Assembly: GCF_902713615.1 (NCBI RefSeq)
Contig: NC_052158.1
Location: 39,609,729-39,673,728 of the forward strand
Length of the DNA stretch: 64,000 nucleotides
Origin: Scyliorhinus canicula
Lineage: Eukaryota
Direction: 5' to 3'
In this document: piece by piece, positions 12,495-24,517 of the stretch
Numbering within the stretch: position 1 is the first letter of the stretch
How the letters are laid out: the number at the start of each line of letters is the position of its first letter
Program-made: the position numbers and the translations under genes
The notes under the pieces: model-generated
Seen by the model: the letters and a program-made list of their open reading frames with translations, nothing else
Told to the model about the DNA's origin: nothing
The model's database searches: none

Positions 12495-13335
12495 TGATAT
12501 GGAATACAATGTTGACAAATGTGAGGTTATCCATTTTGGTAGGAATAACAGCAAACGGGATTATTATGTAAACAATAAAATATTAAAGCATGCAGCTGTT
12601 CAGAGAGACTTGGGTGTGCTAGTGCATGAGTCACAGAAGGTTGGTTTACAAGTGCAACAGGTGATTAAGAAGGCAAATGGAATTTTGTCCTTCATTGCTA
12701 GAGGGATGGAGTTTAAGACTAGAGAGGTTATGTTGCAATTGTATAAGGTGTTAGTGCGGCCACACCTGGAGTATTGTGTTCAGTTTTGGTCTCCTTACTT
12801 GAGAAAGGACGTACTGGCGCTGGAGGGTGTGCAGAGGAGATTCACTAGGTTAATCCCAGAGCTGAAGGGGTTGGATTATGAGGAGAAGTTGAGTAGACTG
12901 GGACTGTACTTGTTGGAATTTAGAAGGATGAGGGGGGATCTTATAGAAACATTTAAAATTATGAAGGGAATAGATAGGATAGATGCGGGCAGGTTGTTTC
13001 CACTGGCGGGTGACAGCAGAACTAGGGGACATAGCCTCAAAATAAGGGGAAGTAGATTTAGGACTGAGTTTAGGAGGAACTTCTTTACCCAAAGGGTTGT
13101 GAATCTATAGAATTCCTTGCCCAGTGAAGCAGTTGAGGCTCCTTCATTACATGTTTTTAAGGTAAAGATAGATAGTTTTTTGAAGAATAAAGGGATTAAG
13201 GGTTATGGTGTTCGGGCCGGAAAGTGGAGCTGAGTCCACAAAAGATCAGCCATGATGTAATTGAATGGCAGAGCAGGCTCGAGGGGCCAGGTGGCCTACT
13301 GCTCCTAGTTCTTATGTTCTTATGTTCTTATGTTC
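12495..13335 (+). mobile_element. CR1-type LINE 3' fragment (RT C-terminus + tail)
   Basis: ORF 12499-13110 (FNVDKC-type motif, RDLGV, LYKVLVRPHLEYCVQFWSP, RGDLIE, RTRGHS, FFTQRVVN) followed by a (TTCTTATG)n tail at about 13310-13335. Confidence 0.92.
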
Positions 13336-13339
13336 CCAC

Positions 13340-13735
13340 TCGATGAACTGCACGGGTTTGATAACGTACAAATCTTCTAACCGTCTAAATTCAGTTCCCA
13401 CCTTCCGACACAGGGAATAAGCCACGGGTATTTCTCTGTAAAATTTGTTGTAAACTCTGGATGTACATGAATTTTACTTTCAAGCGATGTATTTTGCCTC
13501 GTTCGTCTCGAAATATCTCCTGATGTCTCAGGAGGACATCATGTAGATCCCCTTCATTCATTTTCAACATTTCTAGCCAATTCAATTTTATTTGCTGAAG
13601 CCAATCGCATCCTATCAAACTTGACCCTAAACTACAATTAAAGGGAGTTGGGCAGATGGCTGCCTGTAACTAACAGGTGCTGCAGTTGTTTGCAAAATCC
13701 ATACACCCTCACCCGGACACATCATCAGCCAGATC
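13340..13735 (-). mobile_element. Gypsy pol fragment (protease-RT linker)
   Basis: ORF 13391-13618(-): GCDWLQQIKLNW...VLLRHQEIFRDERGKI, typical of the segment following the Gypsy protease. Confidence 0.65.
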
Positions 13736-14139
13736 TCTCAAAGGTTCCATCAGGCGAAATGTAGACAAGTCTCCTGGCCCTGATGGAATGCTGGGATACT
13801 AAAAGAGATGGCGGGGAAATCCCAAATGTGCTTGTGGTAATTTCCCCAAATTAGCTGGGTGCTGGGGTGGTTCCGTTAGATTGGAAAACAGCAAATGTGA
13901 CGCCGCTGTTTAAAATAGGAGGTGGACAAAAGGCAGGTAACTATAAGTTAGTTAGCTTAACATGTGTATTGGGTAAAGTGCTTGAATTCTATCGTTAAGG
14001 AAGTAATAGAGAAACATCTGGATAGAAATTGTCCCATTGGGCAGATGCAACATGGGTTCATGTAGGGCCAGTCACGTTTATTTAATTTACTGGAATTCTT
14101 TGAGGGCATGACGAGCATGGTGGACAATGGGGAATCGAT

Positions 14140-14772
14140 ACATCGATACATGGCAGGTAAAGGCCTGCCCCGAAGAGGCACGGACTTTGGGGGACCTATA
14201 AAGGTAGACCCCGCACATGGTTCTGTCTGCTTTGGCTCCGGCTCGGACTGCTGTTTGGCTCCTGCTCTGTTTTGCTCCGGCGCTTTGCTGATACATCGCA
14301 TCCTGACTCCAGTTCCATCACCAGCCGTTGAGCCACCAGCCATCGAACTGTAAGTTTCACCACGACGCTCGCTACGTGAACCAGTCCTGCTAGACCCTGA
14401 CGACCTTTAAGCTTTCTGAGAGTTGCAGACCAAGAACGGGATGAAGGCCTCGCTCCCTGACCTTGCCTGTTCCTGTTTAGATAAGTATTTTAGTCGTTTA
14501 GTTTAGTAGTAACTTAGTCTCTTTAGCGTGTGCATGTGTATTTATTATATTTGTGATAATAAATATCAATCGTTTGGAACTTACTATCGGTGTACAGATT
14601 TATTACTTTGAACCTGACCTTGATATACTTGTGAGGTGTCTAGATACGGCACCTGGCGACTCCTGAGCTGAATTACACACAGAGCTGTAGTAGTGTTAAG
14701 CACACGGCCCTTAAACGGAGGCGTGTTAATACACTCCAATAAAACGCTTTACACTCAAGTAAAACGTGCAAC
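14140..14772 (+). mobile_element. Probable solo LTR, 5' boundary unclear
   Basis: Non-CR1 block inside the CR1, with CCTATAAAGG, AATAAA and a terminal ...GTGCAACA. No clean TSD found. Confidence 0.45.
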
Positions 14773-15832
14773 AACAGGGAGATGTGGTGTATCTGGATTT
14801 CAGAAGGTATTGGACAAGGTGCCACACAAAAGGGTGTTGTAGAAGATAAGGAAGCATGGAGTTCGAGATAATGCATTAGCATGGATAGAGGATTGGTTAA
14901 CGAACAGAAAACAAAGAGTGGGGATAAACGGATGCTTTTCTGGTTGGCGATCAGTGGCTAGTGGTGTGCCTCAGGGATCAGTGTTGGGCCCACAATTGTT
15001 TACAATTTACGTAGATGATTTGGAGTTGGGGACCAAATGTAATGTGTCAAAGTTCACAGATGTACTGAGGTGAGTGGTAGAGTAAAGTGTGCAGAGGACA
15101 TTGAAAGTCTGCAGCGGGCTATAGATAGTTTAAGTGAGTGGGCAAGGGTCTGTCAGATAGAATACAATGTTGGTAAATGTGAGGTCATCTATTTTAGCAG
15201 GAATACCGGCAAAATGGACTATTATTTTAAGGTAAAAAAATTGCAGTATGCTGCTGTGCAGAGGGACCTGGGTGTCCTTGTGCATGAATTGCAAGTAATT
15301 GGTTTTCAGGTGCAACAGTTAATTGGTAAGGCAAATGGAATTTTGTGCTTCATTGCTAGAGGGATGGAGTTTAAAAGCAGGGAGGTTATGTTGCAGCTGT
15401 ATAGGGTGCTGGTGAGGCCACACCTGGAGTACTGTGTGGAGTTTAAGTCTCCTTACTTGATAAAGGATGCACTGGTACTGGAGGGGGTGAAGAGAAGATT
15501 CACTAGGTTAATCCCAGAGTTGAGAGGATTGACTTATGAGGAGGGGTTGAGTAGACTGGGACTGTACTCAGGAATTTAGAAGAATGAGGGGAAATCTTAT
15601 GGAAACAAATAAAATTATGAAGGGAATAGATAGGATAGAAGCAGGGAGATTGTTTCCACTGGCAGGTGAAACTAGAACTCGAGGGGCATAGCCTCAAAAT
15701 AAGGGGGAGCAGATTTAGGACTGAGTTAGGGAGGAACTTCTTCACCCAAAGGGTCGTGAATCTGTGGAACTCCCTGTCCAGTGAAGCAGTTGCGGCTACC
15801 TCATTAAATATTTTTAAGGCAAAGATAGATAG

Positions 15833-16061
15833 AATTTTTTTAATAGAAATTTAGAGTATCCAAGTTTTTGTTTTCCAATTAAGTGCCAATTTAGCGTGGC
15901 CAATCCGCCTACCCAGCACATCTTTGGGTTGTGGAGGTGGAATCCACACAAACACAGGGAGAATGTGCAAACTCCACATGGACAGTGACCCAGAGCCGGG
16001 ATTCAAACCCGGGTCCTCAGTGCCGTAGCCCTAGTGCTAACCACTGTGCCACATGCCGCAC
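15833..16061 (-). mobile_element. HE1-type SINE
   Basis: Reverse complement has the GGCATGTGGCACAGTGGTTAGCACT head, GGGTTTGAATCCC B box and the family core. Confidence 0.85.
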
Positions 16062-16074
16062 TGAGATAGATAGA

Positions 16075-16311
16075 TGAGGCACACTCAATTACGACACGAA
16101 AGTTAGGTCAGTAATCAAAGGCTTTAATAAGCAGTGAACAATGGCAGCCTCCATGAGAAGTGTGCTCGCAAAATGGAGTCTCATCTTAAGTACTGTTTCC
16201 CAGGGGGCGTAGCCAGAGGCGGAGTCCCCCAGGGTTCCAAGCCTCTTAAAGGGGCAATGTATTCCGATCATCACAAGCCTCTTAAAGGGGCAAGGTATTC
16301 CGATCATCACA
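16075..16311 (-). mobile_element. Solo LTR (237 bp) with perfect 5-bp TSD ATAGA
   Basis: TG...CA termini, flanked by ATAGA at 16070-16074 and 16312-16316. Contains a terminal 36-bp tandem duplication. Confidence 0.8.
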
Positions 16312-17475
16312 ATAGATGTTTGAACAGAAAAGGAATAAAAAGTTACAGTGACAAATGGGTAAGTGGAGCTGAGTCCACAAAAAGATCAGCCATGACGTTA
16401 TTGAATGGTGGAGCAGGCTCGAGGGACCAGATGGCCGATTCCTGCTCCTCGTTCTTATGTTCTTAGTTATTGAATTAATTCAGCAGCTTGGGATCCTGAT
16501 TCTTCAAGTGAGACTTTCTCAAGTAGCGTTTCCATCCAATTTTAGCAATATGGCGCCCCACACAGTCGGAGGGATCTTCAGGGATCGCTTTTCCCACAAA
16601 TGTTCTTATCTTCAACAACTTGTTTGGGTCGAGTGATTAACCTGAACTGTGGGAATGTAGTGAGGAAACTCAGAGAGCCACATTTTATATTAATGGAAAC
16701 CAGTCTATTTTGCACTTTATCTCAAGTGAAATCAAATGTTCTATAATACAACTTAATACATTTTATAACTAATATGTATTTGTGGAGAAAAAAACAATTC
16801 TGGATTTGATCAATGTTTCACGACAATATTGATCATTGTGGTTTGTAATCATTAAATAATTGTCAGTGTTTGAACTGACTGAATTCTTCTTTCCTGATTT
16901 CACAAGAAAGGTTTAATTCATTCACTCAGCAGCGTGTGACTCTTGGAATGGGCACTTGTTGAGGTTCAATTCAATGTGAACTGGCTGAGTTCATCCCAAA
17001 TGTCAGCATCATTCACTGCTTCCCCATCAGCATTGATTCACTTGTTTACAGAAAAGAAGATGACAGCGAGAGACAAAGGAGAGGAAGGTGTCTCCTAACT
17101 TTAGTGAATCAAACTCCAACACATTTCCCAATGAGGTGAGGGTGAAGTGCGACCAGCTTCTCAGTAATGAGAAGTGTAGAGAACCTCAGAAAGTTAGTGT
17201 CTTGGTGAGGAAGGAGGTCACAGAGACTCTGAGTGGGAACAGCTCTACGTACAAACATATGACCAAGGAACAGGTGTAGGCCAATCGGCCCCTCGAGCCT
17301 GCATTACACTCAAGAACCTTTTGTCTTTCATCTGTTACATTCTACAGAAAATCTGACTCCAACAATCTCTCCTGTCATTTACCTTGAACACACAGATACA
17401 GCTCCACAGAAATATAAATTATACATTGATCATCACACCACCCTGTCCAGACTCTCCACATGAGAAAGCCCACCT

Positions 17476-17745
17476 GTAATATCCTAGCATGGGACCTACA
17501 TGGTGGGAATGATTGACTTCCCTTGTTCCTTGCAGAGTATGAGCTCTCCCACTAGGGGCAGGCAATCTCTATTGATCATTGTATAAAAGGTCGGACTGTA
17601 AAACACCAACTAATAGAGGAACCCTGGTGGGGATCTACTGGACAGTATATATAACAATATTGTAAATAAATTAGTTCTTATTTCACTCGGCTTGGACTCC
17701 AATGTCCTTATTAAACCGGCGATGAGGGGTAAATTGGTTTGGTGT
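17476..17745 (+). mobile_element. LTR-like fragment with PBS-like sequence
   Basis: Starts TGTAATATCC, has GTATAAAA and AATAAA, and is followed by GGCGATGAGG resembling the TGGCGACGAGG tRNA PBS. Confidence 0.4.
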
Positions 17746-18289
17746 CGACTCTGCAACCTACTGGCTGAGCCACCCCCTGATGTTGTGGACCCAGGTTAGA
17801 AACCACCTATTTTGTGACACAGCTGTTAGGGCGTACCTCTGAGGGAGGATCTGGCCAGAGTTTATTGGAAGGGGAGCCTAGCAGGGAAGACAATGGAACA
17901 GTAATGGCAGGAGATTTTGGGTGTTATTTGGGAGGCACAACAGAAATTCATCCTGAGGAGGAAACATGCTAAGGGGAGGACAAGGCAACCATGGTTGACA
18001 AGGGAAGACAAAGACATCATAAAAGCAAAAGAAAAAGGATACAATGTGGCGAGGATTAATGGGACCCCAGAGGATTGGGAGCCTTAAAAGCGAGCAGAGG
18101 ACAGCTAAAAAAGCAATAAGGAGGAAAAGATGAAATATGAGTGCAAATCTAGTTAGGATTGGTAGGATTTTAGAGTCCATTATGAAAGATGAGAAAGTGC
18201 ATGGTAAAATAGGACTGAGTCAGCACCGCTTCGTCAAAGGGAGGTCATGTCTGACAAATCTGTTAGAGTTCTTTTGACGAGGTAACAAT

Positions 18290-21200
18290 TGAGGTGAACT
18301 TCTGTACACCTGTATTAGGGGATGTAAGGTAGGACCGGTATTACAGGTTTGCCGGTAACCCCTGCTGGCTGGCTCCGCCCACTAGGAGCTGTATAAATAT
18401 GCGTGTCCTCCATTGATCTGCCATTTTGCCAGCTGCAGCAGGAAGCCACGCATCTGACTGCAATAAAGCCACAGTTGTACCCAATCTGAGTCTTTGTGCA
18501 ATTGATCGTGCATCAATTTATTGCAGTCAGATTTTCAACAAGACGGATATTAGAATCAAACCAGATGGCCTGCAGCTGGATCCGCACTCGCCCGACACCA
18601 GAAAGGACTTTAATCACTGATTAGCTTGCTTCGAGGCTTACATCAATGCAGCAAACCCCACACCGATGGAGGCTTAGAAGATACAGGTCCTGTATTCCAG
18701 ATTGAGCTCAAGCGTGTTCCCGCTGATCCAGGACGCCCTGACCTACGCGCAAGCCATGGCACTCCTAAAAGAGAACTACACACAGAAAGCGAACACGCTC
18801 TTCGCCAGGCACGTAATCGCCATTCGCTCTCAACTCCCTGGTGAGTCCATCGAAGACTTCTGGTGGGCCCTAATCCCACTCATCCGGGACTGTGACTGTC
18901 AGGCCGTTATGGCCATCGAACATTCTAATCTCCTCATCCGCGATTCGTTCATAACGGGGATTGGGTCGGACCTCATCCGACAACAACTGCTGGAAGGGAC
19001 CACGCTCGACCTTGCGGAGACAAAAACTTTACTACTCCATGATGGTCGCCTCCCATAATGTTCAGGCCTACCCCTCTCGCCGCGCGGCCCACCCCTCCTA
19101 TCCCTCCTGGACCCCGCAAACGATCCCCCAGGCTGGGGCCCTGCCCAGCCAATATACCTGTGCCGCATGCCAATCTGCACACCCTGGCGTCCCCGCTGCT
19201 ACTTTTGCGGCCAACAGAAGTACCCCTGCCAACGCTGCCCTGCCCGCGCCACAACTTTTGTGTCTTGTAACAAAAAGGGCCACTTTGCCGCAGTGTGCCA
19301 GGCCCGTGCTGTCGCCGCTATTGCCCCCTCCCCCCGCCAAATGCACAATGGGCACCGCCATCTTCACCTCCCGGGGCCACGTGCGGCCAGTGGGTGCCTT
19401 CATCTTCACCTCCCGGGGCCACGTGCGGCCAGTGGGTGCCTCCATCTTCACCTCCCGGGGCCACGTGCGGCCAGTGGGTGCCTTCACCTTCACCTCCCGG
19501 GGCCACGTGTGGCCAGTGGGTGCCTCCATCTTCACCTCCCGGGGCCACGTGCGGCCAGTGGGTGCCTTCATCTTCACCTCTCGGGGCCACGTGCGGCCAG
19601 TGCGTGCCTCCATCTTCACCTCCCGGGGCCACGTGCGGCCAGTGGGTGCCTCCATCTTCACCTCCCGGGGCCACGTGCGGCCAGTGGACGCCAGTCATCC
19701 CCTTCCCCTCAGTCCACATGTGGCCCATGGGCGCTGCCATTTTCTTCCCCGCAGGACCTCCAGACGCCGCCATCTTGTCTTCTCCATGGGGTAGGAACGC
19801 CAACGACATCCCACAACCTGGGCCCCCAATGCTCTCCGTCTGAAACCTCTGACGATCACCCGCAGCTCGCCTCGATGACGCTGGACCAGTCTTGTCCACA
19901 CAACTCGGCCACTGCTTCGACAACGGTGAAAATCAACGGCCACGTGACCTCTTGGCTGCTGAACTCCTGGAGCATCGAAAGCTTCATACACCTGGATACG
20001 GGAAGGCGCTGCTCCCTCGCGGTCCACCCCGCCAATCAATGGACCTCCCTGGCCTCCGGATTCCACTCTGTCCCGATCCGAGGGTTCTGCAGGGTCACTC
20101 TCACTGTCCAGGGCGTAGAATTCAGCGGTTTCCGTCTCTACGTCCTCCCTAACCTCTGCGCTGCACTATTGCTGGGCCTGGATTTTCAGTGCGATCTCCA
20201 GAGCCTCCCTCAAATTCGGCGGGCCCCTACCTCCACTCACCATTTGCGGCCTCGCAACCCTCAAGGTTGAGCCCCCTCCCTCTTTGCCAATCTAACTTCC
20301 GATTGCAAATCCATTGCCATCAGGAGCAGACGGTGCAGTGCCCAGGACAAGGCCTTCATCAGGTGCGAGGTCCAGAAGCTGCTTCGGGAGGGTATCATTG
20401 AGGCCAGCAACAGCCCCTGGAGAGCCCAAGTGGTTGTAGTTAAAACTGGGGAGAAACACAGAACGGTCCTGGACTACAGCCAGACCATCAATCAATACAC
20501 GCAGCTCGACACGTATCCCCTCCCACGCATATCTGATATGGTCGATCAGATTGTGCACTACCGAGTCTTCTCAACTGTAGACCTAAAATCCGCCTACCAC
20601 CAGCTCCCCATCCGTACATCGGACAGCCCATACACTGCCTTCGAGGCAGACAGTCGGCTCTATCACTTTCTTAGGGTTCCCTTCGGCGTCACTAACGGGG
20701 TCTCGGTCTGCCAAAGGGAGATGGACCGAATGGTCAACCGGTACGGTTTGCGGGCTATGTTTCCGTATTTAGATAATGTCACCATCTGCGGCCATGACCA
20801 GCAGGACCACAATGCCAACCTCGCTAAATTCCTCTGCACCGCCACTCTTCTCAACCTTACGTATAATAAAGAGAAGTGTGTGTTCAGCACGACCCACTTA
20901 GCCATCCTCAGCTATGTAGTCCAGAATGGACTTCTCGGGCCCGATTGCGACTGCATGCGCCCCCTCATGGAGCTTCCCCTCCCCCACTGCCCCAAGGCCC
21001 TCAAACGCTGCCTGGGGTTATTTTCGTACTACGCCCAGTGGGTCCCAAACTATGCGGACAAGGCCCACCCACTCATACAGTCCACCCAATTCCCCCTCAC
21101 GGCCGAGGCACAACAGGCCTTCGCCCGTATCAGATCAGACATACCCAAGGCCGGGATGCACACAGTAGACGAGAAACTGCCCTTCCAAGTAGAAAGCGAC

Positions 21201-23044
21201 GCATCAGATGTCGCCCTTGCCGCCACTCTAAATCAGGCAGGCAGACCCGTGGCATTCTTTTCCCGCACCCTTCATGCCTCCGAAATTCGGCACTCATCCG
21301 TCGAAAAAGAGGCCCAAGCCATCATTGAAGCGGTGCGCCATTGGAGGCATTACCTGGCCAGCAGGAGATTCACTCTCCTCACTGACCAACGGTCGGTAGC
21401 CTTCATGTTCAATAACACACAGCGGGGCAAGATCAAAAATGATAAAATCTTGCGGTGGAGAATCGAGCTCTCCACCTATAATTACAAGATTTTGTATCGC
21501 CCCGGCAAGCTCAACGAGCCCCCAGACGCCCTCTCCCGAGGTACATGTGCCAGCGCACAAGTAGCCCAACTCCAGGCCTTTGTCACCCGGGGGTCACACA
21601 ACTGTACCACCTCATCAAAGCCCGCAACCTGCCCTACTCCGTCGAGAAAGTACGAGAAAGTCACCAGGGACTGCCAGGTCTGTGCGGAGTGCAAGCCGCA
21701 GTTCTACCAGCCGGACCGTGCGCGCCTGGTGAAGGCCTCCCGCTCCTTTGAACGCCTTAGTGTAGATTTTAAAGGGCCCCTCCCCCCCACCAACCGCAAC
21801 ACGTACATTCTCAGTGTGGTCGATGAGTACTCCTGATTCTCCTTCGCCATCCCATGCCCCGACATGACGTCTGCCACCGTCATCAAGGCCCTCAACACAA
21901 TCTTCGCTCTGTTCGGTTTCCCCGCCTACATCCACAGCGACAGGGGACCCTCATTCATGAGCGATGAGCTGCGTCATTTCCAGCTCAGCAGGGGTATCGC
22001 CTCCAGCAGGACGACCAGCTATAACCCCCGGGGACACGGGCAGGTAGAGAGGGAGAACGGGATGGTCTGGAGGGCCATCCAGCTGACCCTACGGTCCAGA
22101 AACCTCCCAGCCTCTCGCTGGCAGGAGGGCCTCCCTGATGCACTACACTCCATCCGGTCACTACTGTGCACCGCCACTAACAACACACCCCATGAACGTT
22201 TTTTTACCTTCCCCAGGAAGTCCACATCCGGGGTGTCGCTCCCGACTTGGCTCGCAGCTCCAGGACCGGTCCTGCTCCATAGGCACGTCCGGCTCCACAA
22301 GGCGGACCCTTGGTGGACAGGGTACACTTGCTTCACGCCAACCCCCAGTATGCCTACGTGGAGTTCCCTGATGGCTGCCAAGATACTGTCTCCCTCTGGG
22401 ACCTGTCACCGTCAGATTCCAACCAAACACACTTCCCCACCCAGGCGCCATCCTCCCCTCCCCCGGCACTACCAAATTAACCCCATCAGCCTATTCCTCC
22501 TTCCCCTGCCCACGCAAGAGGAAGAAGATGATTTTGGCATGCTCCCGGAGTCATCTGACAGCAGGCCAGCACCAGCACTGCCAGCACCAACGTCGGTGAC
22601 ACCAGCACCACCAGCACCGACATCGCCGCCACCGTTACATCTCCCCCAGCGAACCGTCAAAGCACCGGATCGACTGAATCTCTAACGGGCACCGGACCAT
22701 CAAAATGGACATTTTCTTTTCTCCCCCACTTCTTTTCCAAGACACTGTACATAGTTCTCAACACTGTATATAGTTCCACACCACCCCCGCCGGACTCATT
22801 TTTAACAGGGGGTGAATGTGGTGAATCACTGTGTGCTTCTGTATTAGGGCATGTAAGGTAGGACCTGCACTACAGGTTCGCCGGTAGCCCCTGCCGGCTG
22901 GCTCCGCCCGGTAGGAGGAGTATAAATATGCGTGTCCTCCATTGATCTGCCATTTTGCCAGCTGCAGCAGGAGACCACGCATCTGACTGCAATAAAGCCA
23001 CAGTTGTACCCAATCTTAGTCTTTGTGCAATTGATTGTGCATCA
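18290..23044 (+). mobile_element. Gypsy LTR retrotransposon A (gag-PR-RT-RH-IN), decayed, full length
   Basis: LTRs at 18290-18515 and 22817-23044 (TG...CA), PPT-like ACAGGGGG before the 3' LTR, degenerate TSD ACAAT/ACGAG. RT/RH ORF 20430-21836 (YPLP, DLKSAY, VPFGVTNG, YLDN, ESDASD, RPVAFFS) and IN 21864-22685 (SDRG, GQVERENG, ANPQYA). Confidence 0.95.
19359..19694 (+). repeat. 42-bp in-frame tandem repeat (8 copies) in the gag-protease linker of element A
   Basis: Unit CATCTTCACCTCCCGGGGCCACGTGCGGCCAGTGGGTGCCT(T/C), period 42. Confidence 0.9.
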
Positions 23045-23119
23045 ACGAGAAAGTTAGACAAAGGAGAACCAGTGAATGTGATCAATTTAAATTTCGAGAA
23101 GCCATTTGACAAGGATCCA

Positions 23120-23860
23120 CAAATGGGACCTCTCCAGCCTGGTGGAGGAGGTGAAAAGGACCTGCAAAGATGGGACTCGCTTCCTCTTTCGCTGGACAGA
23201 ACGGCACAAAGGGTCAAAATAAATGTGCTGCCTGGGTTCCTCTTCATTCCCAAATCTTTCCTCACCAGGGCCAACAAACTAATCACGGGCTTCGTCTGGC
23301 AGGGGGCGGGGGGGCAGGGCGTGGGAAAGAGTTCCTCATGGAAGTAAGTCTATTTTGCAAAGATGGCAGCAAGTGGGAGGACAGGCCCTACCAAACTTTC
23401 TATTCTACCGCTGGGCGGTCCAATGCAGTGGGTGAGGTGCGACTCAGCGAGGCAGTGGAGGGTCAGGGTGGGAGGGCAGGCGACATCCCCACGCTGCCCC
23501 TTCAGCGTTTTAATGTGGGGAGTGTCCCGAGTCTGTACCTCTAACGGATGCAGCTTCTGCTCAGCAGCTCCTCAATGAGCAGTGAGCAGCTGCTGGGCAT
23601 GTCTCTGCCACTAGAGGGGGCAGGATACGGATACGGGGAAGATGCAGGGGGCATTAGGGGGCAGCTCTTGCAGAGAGGACGTCTTTATCTCCCCCCCCCC
23701 CCCCTTCCCCCTTTGTGACAGAGACCCTCAGGCACAGAGAGGAGGGATTTTTAATGTTTCATTTTGAGGAAATATTGGTTTTCTCTTATTTAATGGGAAT
23801 TCTATTTCTAAATTATAAATTGTCTGTGTTCTGTTTGAGGTTGTTGTTGTATTTTTGCTT
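23120..23860 (+). mobile_element. Degraded L1-clade ORF2 3' fragment
   Basis: VKINVLPGFLFIPKSFLTRANKLITGFVWQG matches the KMTVLPRF...IP..F....SFVW segment of the L1 at 7218-7649. Confidence 0.6.
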
Positions 23861-23894
23861 CAACCAGGAGTCATTCTGAATAAATCAAAATCAT

Positions 23895-23900
23895 TTTATT
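23895..23900 (-). terminator. Candidate polyadenylation signal AATAAA of the MHC class I gene
   Basis: AATAAA on the minus strand about 575 nt after the stop, at the end of a unique stretch bordering TE sequence. Confidence 0.55.
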
Positions 23901-24473
23901 TCCATGATCCATTTTAAGATGACAACAGTTTATAAAGCAGAAAAATATCTCATTAACACAAATGTCCAAATGTTTTGGACCATTTTCCTGAGATTTCCAT
24001 TGTTCAGCAATAACTATCACAAAGTTGTACAATGTCTATTTGCTGCCGTAATAAAATGTCTCTTGTTTCACTCGCCATCCACACTGTTCTTTTCTCTGAT
24101 TTCCTGGGGGGAGGGAGTGGGATTTTCTCAATCTCAATGTCCAAATCTACCAGCCCCCAGCTGCTCTGCAGCCTGCCTGACAGCTGCAGTCGGTGTTTCC
24201 TCAGCTTCTCCATGAGGCCTGACTCCTGGGACATCCATGTTGGCATGCTCCATTCCATCCATTTCCGGAACAATCTACAACCGGATTGTCCTCCCCACCC
24301 ACTCACATGTTAAATATTCTTCAATCTTGACTCGGGTAACATTTGATCGTGAGATATATTGAATGATTTTTTAAAAAGCTAGATCATTTTAATTTAAATG
24401 TAATAACATTTGATCATTTGGTGTAAAATTTGAAATTTGAATAAATGTATTTCATTCCCAAAAATATTTCCCA

Positions 24474-24517
24474 TCAGTCCTTAATGGGAGCAATTTTGTA
24501 GATCACACTTTGTAAAT
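24474..24517 (-). CDS. MHC class I terminal exon, cytoplasmic tail DLQSVIYKIAPIKD*
   Basis: Strong acceptor CTAACTGACATTTATTTTACTTCTGCAG|, phase 1 compatible, YxxA motif, TGA at 24476-24474. An extra small cytoplasmic exon cannot be excluded. Confidence 0.72.

Larger units (their letters stand above)
13740..16465 (+). mobile_element. CR1-type LINE RT/3' fragment interrupted by three insertions
   Basis: RT text is continuous across the insertions (PGPDG..., GVPQGSVLGP, ORF 15070-15579 LYRVLVRPHLEY) and ends with a TTCTTATG tail at about 16450-16465. Confidence 0.88.
17840..23115 (+). mobile_element. CR1-type LINE RT fragment split by Gypsy element A (17840-18289 and 23045-23115)
   Basis: GRSCLTNLLEFF.EVT on the left resumes as RKLDKGEPV.VI.L.F.K.FDK on the right of the LTR element. 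Confidence 0.75.

Noticed and set aside
1-13735. Gypsy fragments at 13340-13735 and 1-445 as parts of one dismembered element
   Set aside because: They are colinear on the minus strand, but the intervening RT/RH is not visible and no LTRs link them, so this cannot be supported.
16470-17470. AT-rich unique-looking stretch with a 63-aa ORF as a possible exon of another gene
   Set aside because: No recognisable domain or consistent splice pair was found.
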